From Malacoraja senta (taxonomy: Eukaryota): a stretch of 64,000 nucleotides of DNA. The notes beneath the pieces were generated by a model. That model made no database searches. It saw only the letters and a program-made list of their open reading frames with translations, and was not told the origin of the DNA. Shown here piece by piece: positions 38,901-51,435 of this stretch (positions within the stretch are counted from its first letter, which is position 1; every line of letters begins with the position of its first letter). The stretch is taken from the NCBI GenBank assembly GCA_038087875.1, contig CM076000.1, positions 1 to 64,000 of the forward strand. Reading direction: 5' to 3'. The translations under genes and the position numbers were made by a program.

Positions 38901-40275
38901 TCCGGCAGATTATTTATGTCTTCCTCAGTGAATACAGAACCAAAGTAGTTATTCAATTGGTCTGCCTTGTCCTTGTTCCCCATGATCAATTCACCTGTTT
39001 CTGACTGCAAGGGACCTACATTTGTTTTAACTAATCTTTTTCTCTTCACATATCTATAACAACTTTTGCAGTCAGTTTCTATGTTCCCTGCCAGTTTTCT
39101 TTCATAATCTATTTTCCCTTTCCTAATTAAGCCCTTTGTCCTCCTCTGCTGGACTCTGAATTTCTCCCAGTCTTCTGGTAGGCTGCTTTTTCTGGCTAAT
39201 TTGTACGCTTCATCTTTTGTTTTGATACTATCCCTGATTTCCCTTGTTATCCACGGATGCACTACCTTCCCTGATTTATTCTTTTGCAAACTGGGATGAA
39301 CAATTGTTGTAGTTCATCCATGCAGTCTTTAAATGCCTTCCATTGCATATCCACCGTCAACCCTTTAAGAATCAATTGCCAGTCAATCTTGGCCAATTCA
39401 CGTTTCATACCCTCAAAGTTACCTTTCTTTAAGTTCAGAACCCTTGTTTCTGAATTAACAATGTCGCTCTCCATCCTAATGAAGAACTCAACCATATTAT
39501 GGTCACACTTGCCCAAGGGGCCACGCACAACAAGACTGCTAACTAACCCTTCCTCATGACTCAATACCCAGTCTAGAATAGCCTGCTCTCTCGTTGGTTC
39601 CTCTACATGTTGGTTTAGAAAACTATCCCGCATACATTCCAAGAAATCCTATTCCTCAGCACCCCTGCCAATTTGATTCACCCAATGTATATGTAGATTG
39701 AAGTCACCCATTATAACTGTTTTACCTTTGTTGCACGCATTTCTAACTTCCTGTTTGATGCCAACTCCACCACTACTGTTAGGTGGCCTGTACACAACAC
39801 CCACTAGCGTTTTCTGCCCCTTAGTGTTTCGCAGCTCTACCCATATCGATTCCACATCGTCTAAGCTAATCTCCTTCCTTTCTATTGCGTTAATCTCCTC
39901 TCTAACCTGCAACGCTACCCCAACTCCTTTTCCTTTCTGTGTATCCCTCCTGAATATTGAATATCCCTGGATGTTCAGCTCCCAGCCTTGGTCACCCTGG
40001 AGCCATGTCTCCATGATCCCAACTATATCATAATCATTAATAGCTATCTGTACATTCAACTCATCCACCTTATTACGAATGCTCCTTGCATTGAGACACA
40101 AAGCCTTCAGGCCTGTCTTTACAACGCTCTTACCCCATATACAATTATGTTGACAAGTGGCCCTTTTTTATTTTTGCCCTATTTTTGATTTTTGCCCTAT
40201 TACAAATCTCAAATTGTGTACAGGGGCAAATAAATAAACGATGCGTCTTTGTCCCAAACATTATGGAGGGCACTG
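35993..40275 (-). mobile_element. Tc1 copy (35993-37229 and 40197-40275), internally deleted, split by a CR1 inside its TIR
   Basis: TIR agtgccctccataatgtttgggg; ORF 36424-36696 TVRRRLHEHKYRGYTARCKPL; end ggagggcactg followed by TA. Confidence 0.92.
37230..40196 (-). mobile_element. CR1-clade LINE with near-complete ORF2 (APE endonuclease + RT), a few frameshifts and stops
   Basis: CLNARSIRNK..ETWL, VYRPP, MGDFN (EN); the 473-aa ORF 37452-38873 has all RT motifs. CTAT is duplicated at 37226-37229 and 40197-40200. Confidence 0.97.
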
Positions 40276-40597
40276 TACATGATTACATGAAAGTGGCATC
40301 GCAAGTAGGTTGAGGTGTGTATGATCATGAGGGAAACAGGGAATGCACAGTCTTTTACCCAGAGTAGGGGTATCAAGAAACAGATGTCATGGGTTTAAGG
40401 TGAGAGGGGAAAGATTTAATAGGAACCTGATGGGCAAGTTTTTCACACAGGGTGGGTGGGTATATGGATCGAACTGCCAGAAGTGCTCGTTGACACAGGT
40501 ACAATAATAATATGTAATATTATTTATTAATATAATAATATATAATATAATATTAATATAATAATATTTAAAATACATTTGGACGGATGGGTCAAAT

Positions 40598-41897
40598 GTG
40601 GGGAGATGGTCAAGAACCACATCTGCGCCTTCCTCCTCGCAACATGGACCCGCTACAGTTTCCATACCGTCCGAACAGATCCACGGACGATGCGATCTCC
40701 CAGGTTCTGTACACCGCTCTCTCACCTCTTGATAGCCAGAAGGGGGGCTATGTGAGAATGCTGTTCATTGACTACAGTTCAGCCTTCAACACGATAATCC
40801 CCACCAGACTTGCTGAGAAGCTGCTGGAACTGGGACTTAACAGTGCCTGGGTCCTGGACTTTCTCACTGCCAGCCCCCAGGTAGCCAAGATGGGAGGAAA
40901 TACATCAAAGACCCTCACCCTGAGCACAGGATCCCCCCCAGGGTTGTGTCCTCAGCCCCCTACTGTACCCCCACACATGACTGTGTGTCTAGGTTCAGCT
41001 CCAACTCTATAATCAAGTTTTCTAATGACACTGGTGGTGGGCCTGATCACTGAAAATAATGAAAAGGCCAACCGGGAAGAGGTGGCTGATCTGGCACTCT
41101 GGTGTCAGGACAACAGCCTCCTCTTGAATGTCAAAAAAACTAAGGAGCTGATCGTGGACTTTAGGAAGGCACAACAACCGAGGACGCACACGCCACTGAA
41201 GATAAATGGGGATACTGTGGATAGGGTGAGCTGCTTTAAATACCTGGGAGTCCACATCACTGAGGATCTGACATGGTCATCACACGCTGCCGCACTGGTG
41301 AGTAAAGCAAGGCAGCGCCTTGACCACCTCAGGCAGCTGAGGAAATTCAGAGTCTCTCTGAGGATCCTCCAGTACTTCTACTCAGCGGCTGTAGAAAGAA
41401 TCTTGTCCGGAAGCATCACAATCTGGTGTGGGAACTGCTCTGCCCGGGACAAGAAGGCTCTGCAGAGAGTAGTGCGTTCGGCCGAACGCACTCTGGGAAC
41501 TACACTCGCCCCCCTGCAGGAACTATACATCAGGAGGTGCAGATCCAGAGCCAGCAACATTATGGGGGACCCCTTCCACCCCAGCAACAGACTGTTCCAG
41601 CTGCTACGGTCAGGCAAACGCCTCCGCTGTCATGCTGTGAAAACAGAGAGGATGAGACAGAGTTTCTTCCCAGAGGCCGTCATGACTGTAAACTCTTATC
41701 TCACCAGGGACTAACTTACTGTACCAAACCACTGTTGTGTTGTGTCTTTTTAAAATTGCTGGGGGGTTTTCTCACCAATATGTAATTACTGATTCTGTTC
41801 TATTCTGTTTTGTAGTTTTTTGCACATTCCGCAGGCATTGCCACTTTTCATTTCACTGCACACCTCGTATGCGTATGTGACAAATAAACTTGACTTG
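40598..41897 (+). mobile_element. Rex1/Babar LINE, 5'-truncated
   Basis: [67 protein letters not shown]; tail aataaacttgacttg. Confidence 0.93.
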
Positions 41898-42196
41898 TGT
41901 CGATGGGGCCTCTTGGTCGGCATGTGCATGTTGGGCTGAAGAACCGGTTTCTGTGCTGTATGACGAATGGTGCACTTCACTTATCTCAACCTAGGTCATT
42001 GCATGACCGAGCATTGGAAATCTTGTGCCCAGCAGCAAAGATCCTTCATCTCCCCTCTCTGTTCCCCTCACCACACAGCTAGTTTCTCCCTTCTCTCTCC
42101 CCTCCCCCTTTGCAATATGCTACACAGTGCAGCCATTGCATTACAGTGATGGCTTCTTTCCAACCCCAGTATTCCTCTGTGGTTGGAGTTACATCA

Positions 42197-44797
42197 ATAC
42201 GATATGATACGATAGAACTTTATTTATCCCATGAGGGAAATTGATCTGCCAACAGTCATAAAACACAAAATGCATGAAACATGAAATTAAAGTGACGAGT
42301 GAAAAGGTTTGGGGATGGGGGATGGAGTCAGTCTATCCCACAACAGAAAGGGGAGCAGTTGCACAGTTTAATAGCCACAGGGAAGAAGGATCTCCCGTGG
42401 CGTTCTATCCCGCATCTTGATGGAACCAGTCTCTTGCTGAAGGTACTCCTCAGGTTGACCAGTGCGTCTTGGATGGGGTGAGCTGTATTGTCCAGGATGC
42501 TCCGGAGTTTGAGGAGCATCCTCCCCTCCAAGACCAACTCCCATGAGCCAGCCTTCCTGATGAGTTTGTAAATCCTATTGGCGTCCGCAGCCTTCGCCCT
42601 GCTGCCCCAGCACCCGACAGCGAAGAAGATGGCACTGGCTACCACCGATTGGTAGAATATCTGCAGCATCTTACTGCAGATGTTGAAGGAGCGGAGCCTT
42701 CTCAAAATGTACAGCCAGTTCTGTCCCTTCTTGTACACGACCTCAGTGTTCCTGGACCAATCCAGTTTACTGTCCAGGTACACTCCAAGGTATTTGTACT
42801 CCCTGGTAAACTGCACATCCACACCATTGATGGAGACGGGGGACGGGGTGTTCCTCTCCTCCTAAAGTCCACCACTAACTCCTTTGTCTTGTCGGTGCTG
42901 AGCTGCAGGTGATTTCAGCCCACACCACTCAACAGTCAATGACTATACCTCTGTATTAAGCTTTCCTCCCCTCACTGATGCAGCCCACAATTGCAGAGTC
43001 ATCTGAAAACTTCTGCAGGTGGTAGGAGTCCGAGTTATAGACAATAGGTGCAGGAGTAGGCCATTCGGCCCTTCAAACCAGCACCACCATTCAATGTGAT
43101 CATGGCTGATCATCCACAATCAGTACCCTGTTCCTGCCTTTTCTCCATATCCCTTAACTCCGCTATCCCTAAGAGCTCAATCTAACCCTCTCTTGAAGCA
43201 TCCAGAGAACTGCCCTCTGAGGCAGAGAATTCCTCACACTCACAACTCTCTGTGTGAAAGGTTTTTCCTCATCTTCGTTTTAAATTGCTTACCACTTATT
43301 CTTAAACTTTGGCTCCTGGTTCTGGACTCCCCCAACATTGGGAACCTGTTCCCTGCCTCTAGCATGTCCAAACTCTTAATAATCTTATATGTTTCAATAA
43401 GATCCCCTCTCATTCTTCTAAATTCCAGAGTATACAAACCCAGCCGCTCCAATCTATCAACATATGACAATCCCGCCATCCTGGGAATTAACTTTGTGAA
43501 CATATGCTGCACTCCCTCAATAGCAAGAATGTCCTTCCTCAAGTTTGGAGACCAAAACTGCACACAATGCTCCAGGTGTGGTCTCACTAGAGCCCTGTAC
43601 AACTGCAGGAGGACCTCCTTGCTCCATATATATCAGTTATATCTGAAGTCCGAGATGTAGATGGTGAGCAGGAAGGGATAGAGGACCGCCCCTGTGGGGC
43701 CCCTGTGTTGCTCACTACGATGTCTGAGACAAAGTTCTGTAGCCTGACATGTTGTGGTTGTCCAGTCAGATAGTTGGTCCAGGACACCAATGGAGCATCC
43801 ACCCGCATCTTCATCAGTTTGCTCCCTAGCAGTGCAGGCTGGATGGTGTTAAAGCATTGGAGAAATAAAAAAACATGACTCTCACAATTCTTCCCGGCTT
43901 ATCCAGGTGAGTATCGGAACGATGGAGCAGGTGGGTGATTGCGTCCTCAACCCTCATCTTGGGTAAGTGAACGGCAGGGGGTCCATGTAGGGTTCAACCA
44001 GGAGTCACAGGTGAGTGAGCACCAGCCTCTCCAAGGACTTCATAATGTGGGAAGTCAGCAGTCTGTAGTCATTGGAGGAGCTGGGGCACGTCCTCTTTGG
44101 TACAGGAACCATGCAGGATGTCTTCCGCATCACAAGAATAACCAGGCTCGGGCTCAGGTTGAAGGTATGCTGGAGTACTTCACACAACTGGCTGGCACAT
44201 GCCTTGAGTACCCTAGGGCTGACACCATCCGGACCCGTGGCTTTGCCTGGGCGGAGACTGCAGCTCTTTCTTCACTTGCGCAGCCTTGATGGTCAGGTGC
44301 GACAAAGAAAGGGCAGAGGAAGTGGACCAGAGGAATTGAGGGGGAGAGTCTGTCGTGGAGCAGGGGGGGAGGGTAGGCAGAGGTCACACCATCAACACTT
44401 GTGAAAACAGTGTACAGTCTCCTCTGGGACAACGTTATCCACACAGAACTTTATGTAGCTGGCAACACAGTCCTTAAGTCCTTCAATGTCCTCTCCATGG
44501 GGACTACAGAGTGCGTCCCAGTCTGTGACCTCAAAATAGCCCTGTTGAGCCTTATAGGCCTCCTGTGACCACCACCTCTCTGACCTTGTGGTCACAGGCA
44601 GCCTCTGGACCATTGGCTTATATCTGGGTAGGAGATGAACCAGCATCTTCCCAGTGGCGGAAGGCTGTACGACTCTTTAACATTGGCATACAGCAGGTCC
44701 AATATTTTCATATCCCTGGTGGGACAGTCACCAAACTGAGTGAAAGTGGGTAGGGTAGCATCCAAAGTCACGTGGTTGAAATCCCCCGAAATTATGC
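42197..44797 (-). mobile_element. Rex1/Babar LINE, degraded, interrupted by a CR1 at 43040-43634
   Basis: IISGDFNHVTL (EN), FEVTDWD, YKYLGVYLDSKLDW, SFFPVAIKL; (atacg)n tail at 42197. Confidence 0.88.
43040..43634 (-). mobile_element. CR1-clade LINE 3' fragment
   Basis: ORF 43240-43602 YRALVRPHLEHCVQFWSP...; AGTTATA is duplicated at 43033-43039 and 43635-43641. Confidence 0.92.
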
Positions 44798-45089
44798 CGT
44801 ACTAATTGATATTGAATTAATGTGTGCTATTGTTATCTATTAAAGTAGGCAGATGGGAGGATATTGTTCAAACTGGGTAGCAATGCTAACAACGTTCATT
44901 TCAGAAGTTTAAAAGGTCAGCAGGGGATGATTTATTTTATCTTCTGTTGCACAATTATCAGTTTTCTACTTGGAGATAGGGTTTGGTTTATGTGGCTGCT
45001 CAAGGTTTTGTGGCAGCTCTGAACTTTACAATTGAGCTGTCCCCCAAAGTAGCAAATTTCATTTATTTGATTGTGAAGCATTATTCTTA

Positions 45090-45390
45090 GTTTAGTTTAG
45101 CATGGAAACAAGTCCTTGGCCTAACGAATCCACACCGACCATTGATCTCCCATTCACACTAGTTCTCTAGTTATATCACTTTCTCATCCAATCCCTACAC
45201 ACTAGGGGCAATTTACAGAGGCCAGTAAACCTGCAAACCCACACATCTTTGGGATATGGGAGGAAACCAGAGCACCCGGAGGAAATGCACGAGGTCACAG
45301 AGCGTGCAAACTCCACACAGAGATCATCTGTGGTCAGAACCTGGGTCTCTGGCACTTTGAGGCAGCAGCTCTAACAGCTGTGCCACTATG
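45090..45390 (-). mobile_element. V-SINE/HE1-like SINE
   Basis: tttagtttag tail; gggaggaaaccagagcacccggagg; gtgcaaactccacacag; ctgtgccac head. Confidence 0.8.
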
Positions 45391-47299
45391 CATCCCTCTT
45401 TTCATTGCAGCTTTTGATTGTTAAATTTGGCCTCTGTGTAAATCTTCTGGTGTCTACTTGACCAAGCAGCAAGTTTTGGCGACTTATCTTAATTATCTGT
45501 GGAAGGCTTTGCTAATTTTCTCATTATTGTGTGAATTCTATTCAGAATTCTGTAACTTTAAAGGTTGCATAAGAGTCCTAAGCATCAAAAATTACATTAT
45601 TTTTCTCTATGCACTAAGTCTACACAAGTATTAGTCATATGAATTAGATATGTTTGGTTTGGAGTGCAATTATCTGATCATTTTTGTTTGACTCATTTGC
45701 ATTAAAAATGGCTACAAATTTTTAATCAAAAGTTTCTTATAAAGTATTGCAACAAAACATCCTGCTTCTTCAGAGATTTGGTTGAAGGGAATATCTCTCC
45801 ATGGGATTTGTAAATTCACAATTTTCAGTGCTGTCACCTTAAATGCTCCTGTTTTCCAGTGAAAGTATTCAGAATACTATTGCGTTGGGAGTTCTCAGAT
45901 TTGGGTCCAGTGACAAAGCAAATTAGTAAAAAAAATTAAGTCACGATGGAGAGCAAACCTGTTGGTGTGTTGCATGTGCCCAGTCAGTGTCCTTGATGTT
46001 GGGAGAGATCACAGGTTTGATGGATGTTTAGGGAGTAACATAGGCAACTGCAGATGATTTGTCAATGGTGTTTGTTGTAGCCAGTGGTGGAGGGACTGAA
46101 TATGTTTTGTGGTGACAAAGCTTTAAATCAAGTAGGCTGCTTTGCTTTTAATATTGTTGAGTTTGAATATCTTGGATTGGCACTCATCCAAGCACATGGA
46201 ACAGATTTCTTCTGTGCCTTGCTGATGGTGGAAAGACTTTGGGTATCAGGAAGTGCATCAATTGTTTTTGGATACCAGGTCTCTGGGCGTTTTGGCATGT
46301 TGGCCTGTATGCAACATTGTTCTTAATCAGTGAATATTACTATATACAGATATAATCTGGGAAGCAAATGACAAAAATCAACATGTAGTGTATACTGGAA
46401 GTCACAAAAGATTAATCCAAAGAGTTTTTAATGATATTTTTTTACTTATGCTTCTTAGATTATCTCCGAATATTTAATCGGTTTTGCATGTTAAGTAATC
46501 TTGTAATGCAATTCATTTGCATTGTAAATGACTGAAGTCTATGACCTATTCAAGGGCATGTTTTTTCTTTCTTGAATAAGGTATCTTTTGAATTCCAAAA
46601 CAAACCCCTCTGAGGAGGTAAAGAAATTGTCCCATTGTTGTTGTCATTTGTGCTACTGTAAAATTTAATTTTCAAATACCTCCAGAGTAATAGGTTGTCA
46701 AACTATTGTTGACCACGACGATGAAGTACATGTAATATCCCTCGCCAATTATCTGCTCACCCTACAGAAATACCAATTGATGAATGTGTCTCCATGTGGG
46801 ATAAGACATAGATGAGAGACAAAAAAACAACAGAAGCAGGAAATCTGAAATAAAATCATAAAATGTTGGCAGGCCAGCAACCTCTGTGGAAGGAAAACCA
46901 CTATTGACGTTCCGAGTTGAATTTTGGCAAAAAAAATCAGATGGTTGTGCAAGTGGGCTTATGCTTGGTCGTGGCTTGTCAGGTCTGCATAGCCTTCTCT
47001 TTTTAAGATGCCTTTAAGAAGCTGGTTAAGAAAATTTTGCAAAATTGAGTGATCCCATTTGTCTTTTTTACACATTGTATCTAGATTAATGAGCATGTGG
47101 TTTATTTGATTTTATTGTTTTCTGCAGTTTTGAATACAATTGTGCAACTTTCTTGGCATTTCATAGGAGAGTGTAGAATTAAACGCTATGTGGGCCTGGA
47201 ATGTAGGTGGGATCAGTTTGGGGCAAAAGATTCTGTACCTTCAGGATGTCTGAGCAAAATTGGTTTTCATAATCTAGAAGTCAATCACTTAATAATTTA

Positions 47300-47720
47300 T
47301 GTGTGGGAAGGAACTGCAGATGCTGGTTTCCACCAAAGATAGCCAAATGTTGGAATAACTCAGCGGGACAGGCAGCATCTCAGGATAGAAGAAATGGGTA
47401 ACGTTTCAGATCGAGACCCTTCTTCAGACTGAGTCAGAAGTTCAGACTCAGTCTGAAGAAGGGTCGTGAACCAAAATGTCACCCATTCTTCCTATCCAGG
47501 GATGCTGCCTGTCGCACTTAATAATTTTTATATACATAAACATATATCTGAATTTATTCAGGTCAAAACCCCTTTTCAGACTGAGAGTCAAGAGACTCTC
47601 AGACTGAGTGTCACCCCTGACTTTCAGTCAGAAGAAAGGTCTTGACCCGAAATGTCATCTATTACTTTTTCCAGAGATGCTGCCTGAGCCACTGAGTTAC
47701 TCCAGCATTTTGTGTCGATC
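47300..47720. mobile_element. Head-to-head Penelope terminal-repeat derivatives (two hairpin centres)
   Basis: tcttcagactgagtc-agaagttca-gactcagtctgaaga palindrome at about 47421-47459; a second inverted centre at about 47575-47635. Confidence 0.75.
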
Positions 47721-47924
47721 TTTGTTATTTTGCTGTTTGTAAATTTTACTTGTTATTTCCAAGAAATTCATTATTATCTTTACTGGTACCCACAAAGTAA
47801 CTAATTAAGTATGACTTTGAGTGATCCAATCATAGTACCCTCGTATCTTGCTTTGTACACAGGATACATTCCCAGGAATGAGAGTGCCAATGGTCATTAT
47901 TTCATATATAAGAGAAGTATTACA

Positions 47925-47990
47925 GACAAATTGTGGCATACAGAGGCAAATAAATAAATGACGGGTCTTTGTCCCAAACATTATGGAGGC
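47925..47990. mobile_element. Solo Tc1 TIR end
   Basis: cagaggcaaataaataaatgacgggtctttgtcccaaacattatggagg. Confidence 0.8.
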
Positions 47991-48264
47991 AACCTAATAT
48001 GTAACCTTGCTCTCTGCTGGTGTAAACCGGGAGCCTTGTGCAAACCCTTGTACTCCCTACAACTGAAAGCAACTAGGATGGGAACCTGAAACAAAACCCT
48101 GTAATGACACACTTGTATCTGTGAATTGCCCAAGGCATAGTGTTGCGTGGCTTTGTGTGAGGGCTTGTGTTGGGAGAGGTACTGAAAGAGATTCAGTCAG
48201 CATAGAAATTGGGATTTGGGTTGCACGCTGAATAACTGTAGGCCATTGCTGGGAACAGACAGCA

Positions 48265-48565
48265 AATTAGTTTCGAAATACAGCATGGAAATAGGCCTTT
48301 AGGGCTGCTGAGTCCATGCTGACTATCGATCACCCACTCTAGCTATCCCACTTGTATCCCCTATACACATGCTAGGGACAATTTACATAGGCTGATTAAC
48401 TGACAAACCTGCAGGTCTTTTGTTATGGGAGGAAACTGAAGCATCCAAAGGAAGCCCATGCTGTCACAGGGGAAACATACAAAGTTCACACACAGCACCC
48501 GAGGTCAGTATCAAACCCGCGCCTTTGACGCTGTGAGGCAGCGCCTCCACCAGTTGCACCAGTGG
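48265..48565 (-). mobile_element. V-SINE/HE1-like SINE
   Basis: Same core as 45090-45390. Confidence 0.7.
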
Positions 48566-48948
48566 GCTGATCTTGTGTTGATAGATTGCCCCGACTGTGT
48601 GAACAATCGTAACTGCTGCTTGGATTTGATGAAAGCTGTTGTCTCCGCTATCTTGCAGCATTGTTATTCCCAACTTGAACTCTCACCGGTGTTGGCCAGA
48701 CTGAACTCTGGTCATTCATAGCTGTACGCAGTTTGAGTAAATGTCGTCTTTAGAGGACAATAAGTGGTATTCCTCTTCAGACCAGACGGTCAAACGCAAT
48801 AAAATTAATCGGAGATCTGCGGGGTGCTGCTAAAATAGGTACCAGTTTGTTTATCTATTTTGCTGCTACTTCATAGTTTTAATGGGACAATTTTAATGTG
48901 AAAACTAATGAACTACCACTTTTAATGATAGATCAAATTTCTTGACAG

Positions 48949-49033
48949 GGAGACTGAAACACATTTCCCCTCCGATACGGATTTTGATGATTTCGATGGA
49001 AAAAATTACACTCCAATCAAGGTGAAAAACAGT
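48949..49033 (+). CDS. STAG2: STAG2 second coding exon (85 nt)
   Basis: ttcttgacag|G GAG ACT GAA ACA CAT TTC ... AAC AGT|gtaagt = (Q)ETETHFPSDTDFDDFDGKNYTPIKVKNS. Phase matches the previous exon. Resembles recalled STAG2 ESETHFSSDTDFEDIEGKN. Confidence 0.92.
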
Positions 49034-49299
49034 GTAAGTTTATCTCAATTTATATCCAACTTTTTCAGTGTAGCTACACATCATGTTGTGTTTCCTGTTC
49101 CCTGTTGGGTAATTTTCTATGCATGCTGCTGCAGTCCATTTTTGTTTCATGTCCTTCAATCTTGCTGACAGGCTTATTATCTGCCATGCTCTACCACTTT
49201 TTCTCAACAACCATCTTTGTTACTCAATCCAGAAACACCATCAGTTTAGATGCACAGAAATTGCTTTTTACAAATCAATGGTATTTTTCCCAATCAATC

Positions 49300-50030
49300 C
49301 ATGTTTAGAGGTGTAGAGCTGCACATCTCAGAAACATGCTATTTTTCCAACCGTCCACATTGACATCTGCACCCATTCATACTCGTAGTACTTACTTGGA
49401 AAAGGTCTATATCCTAATATGTCTTGCCAATTCAACTGTTTGTCCAGATAATATTTAAATGTTGAAAGGAGCTTCACCGTCAACATGGGAGACGAATTCC
49501 AGATTCCAAACGCACTGAAAATATTTTCCCTTGTGGACTGTCTAATTACTCCTTACATTGTGCTCACTTGTATTAGATATTCACCACGTGAAAACCATTT
49601 TAAATATATACCCTACCTATCCCTTTCCTAATTGTGTACACCTCTATCAAGAAACCCCTTGGGTTCCTTCACTCCAGGGAAAACAAACCTAGCTTATTTA
49701 ATCTCACTTTATAACTAAAGTGCTCCAGTACAGGCAACATCCTGGTCAATCATCCTTGCACCCTCTCCAGCGCAATCACATCTTTCCTCTAGGGTGGCAA
49801 CCAGAACTGCCCATGCTACTCCAAGTGTGACATAATCAATATTTTACTAAGTTGTAACATGATGTTCCAGCTTTTATACTCAATGCTAAAGCCGATGTGC
49901 TACATTTTCAGGGATTTATAAACATGGCCTTTTTGCTCAACAATGTTCCCTAGAGTCCTACCATTCACTGCTTGTGTCCCACCCATGGTTGCTCTCCCAA
50001 AATGCAGCACCTTGCATTGTCAGGGTTCAG
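49300..50030 (-). mobile_element. Old degraded CR1 3' fragment
   Basis: caggcaacatcctgg..ccctctccagcgc..ccagaactgccc..actccaagtgtg (HLE..QFW, LER). Confidence 0.65.
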
Positions 50031-51435
50031 GCAGTGTCCAGCAGCTTTGGACACGTGGCACTAAGCTGCTCTTGGTCAACCTCCCAACAGATGGTGGAGC
50101 AATTGGAAAGTGACAATGTTATAGGAGGGATATGGCTTTGAGGTAAATATGGGACCAGAAGTCTGCATTACCTGCACCTGAACAACTCCTAGATTTTAAA
50201 GATAATGAACAACAAATATATCTTCTAAACAATAAATTCTAATTTAACTCCTCAGTTTATTTCTGTGAAAACTAAGCATGTAGGGCACACTGCAAGGTTG
50301 AGGGAGTGTTGCCTAATCCAAGTCTCAATACTGCAAAATTTATTGTATGTGTTCTTTGAAATGAAACTTTACTTGTAAGTTATCCTTTCTATCATTGTTG
50401 CCTACTCGCTCAGAATTAATGTCAATATTGTGTTGTGCGTCGATTTTGAGAGCAATTACATCATTGGGATTCTTTCTGATGAAGTCTCGGGCCCTGGTTG
50501 ACTCTGATTCTGGCTCAATTAATACATCTACTTTTTCCACTTAACCATGTGATTCCTCTACAAAAGCACAGCATTGCCAAAAGTAACATACGATGCAACC
50601 CTTCCCCCACTAGCGATTTCTAATGGAGGAAAAGGCAGAATGATGCATGTTAGACTGCATTTTAGACTCCATTTTCGCAACACTGACGGTGGGGAATTGG
50701 GCGTTGGTATATTTCATTATGCTGGAAGATGAATGGGATCATACGGGGATCATATTTTTCAAGATTACAAGTCTAAATGGGAGAATGGAACTTATTAAGG
50801 AAGACATGGCAATTTGATATCAATGCGTGCATGCCTCCAAGATTTTATTGATAATTGACCAACGTCTGGTGGGTCTTTTACAGAAGGGGGATGGAATTAT
50901 AATTATTCGATGCCAAGGAACTGCTGATTTACTGGATAGGTTTCTGGTGGCATGAATTTATGAACCATGGCATGAGTTTAAATTCTATCATAGTCTGGGA
51001 AATTAAATTCAACTAAAAAATAAATTTTAAAACATGGAACAGTACAGCGAGGAATGGGCCCCATCGGCCCACAATGTTTGTGCCATACCAGGGCTCTCAC
51101 TTATCTTTTTTTCTCAACCTAGGCAGCTTTTAGGTTGCCAAATGACAGTTTAGGTGGTCATCTAAGACAGCTTGCATGATAATGTGCTCGGACGAAGTGC
51201 GTAGTTACCAATCGGAATAATGCTCAATGAAGCATTCACATATTTCTGCTTCAAATAAAGTCACAAACTAAACATATTCACCAATCAAGACATGATATAT
51301 AACACAATGACATGCAGCAAAATTATAATTCAGTATCTCAACTCTTTTTACACGTTGCAATGAATGCAATTTCTATTATTTCTTTCCACTTCCAAACAAA
51401 AATGTGGTTGGATTATTCAGCGTATGATCAACCTC

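Larger units (their letters stand above)
35845..41965 (+). mobile_element. Old CR1 fragment (35845-35992, 40276-40597, 41898-41965) hosting Tc1 and Rex1 insertions
   Basis: WAEEWLMEFN..VDQRDP resumes after the Tc1 (tacatgattacatgaaagtggc). Its 3'UTR resumes after the Rex1 tail. Confidence 0.65.
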
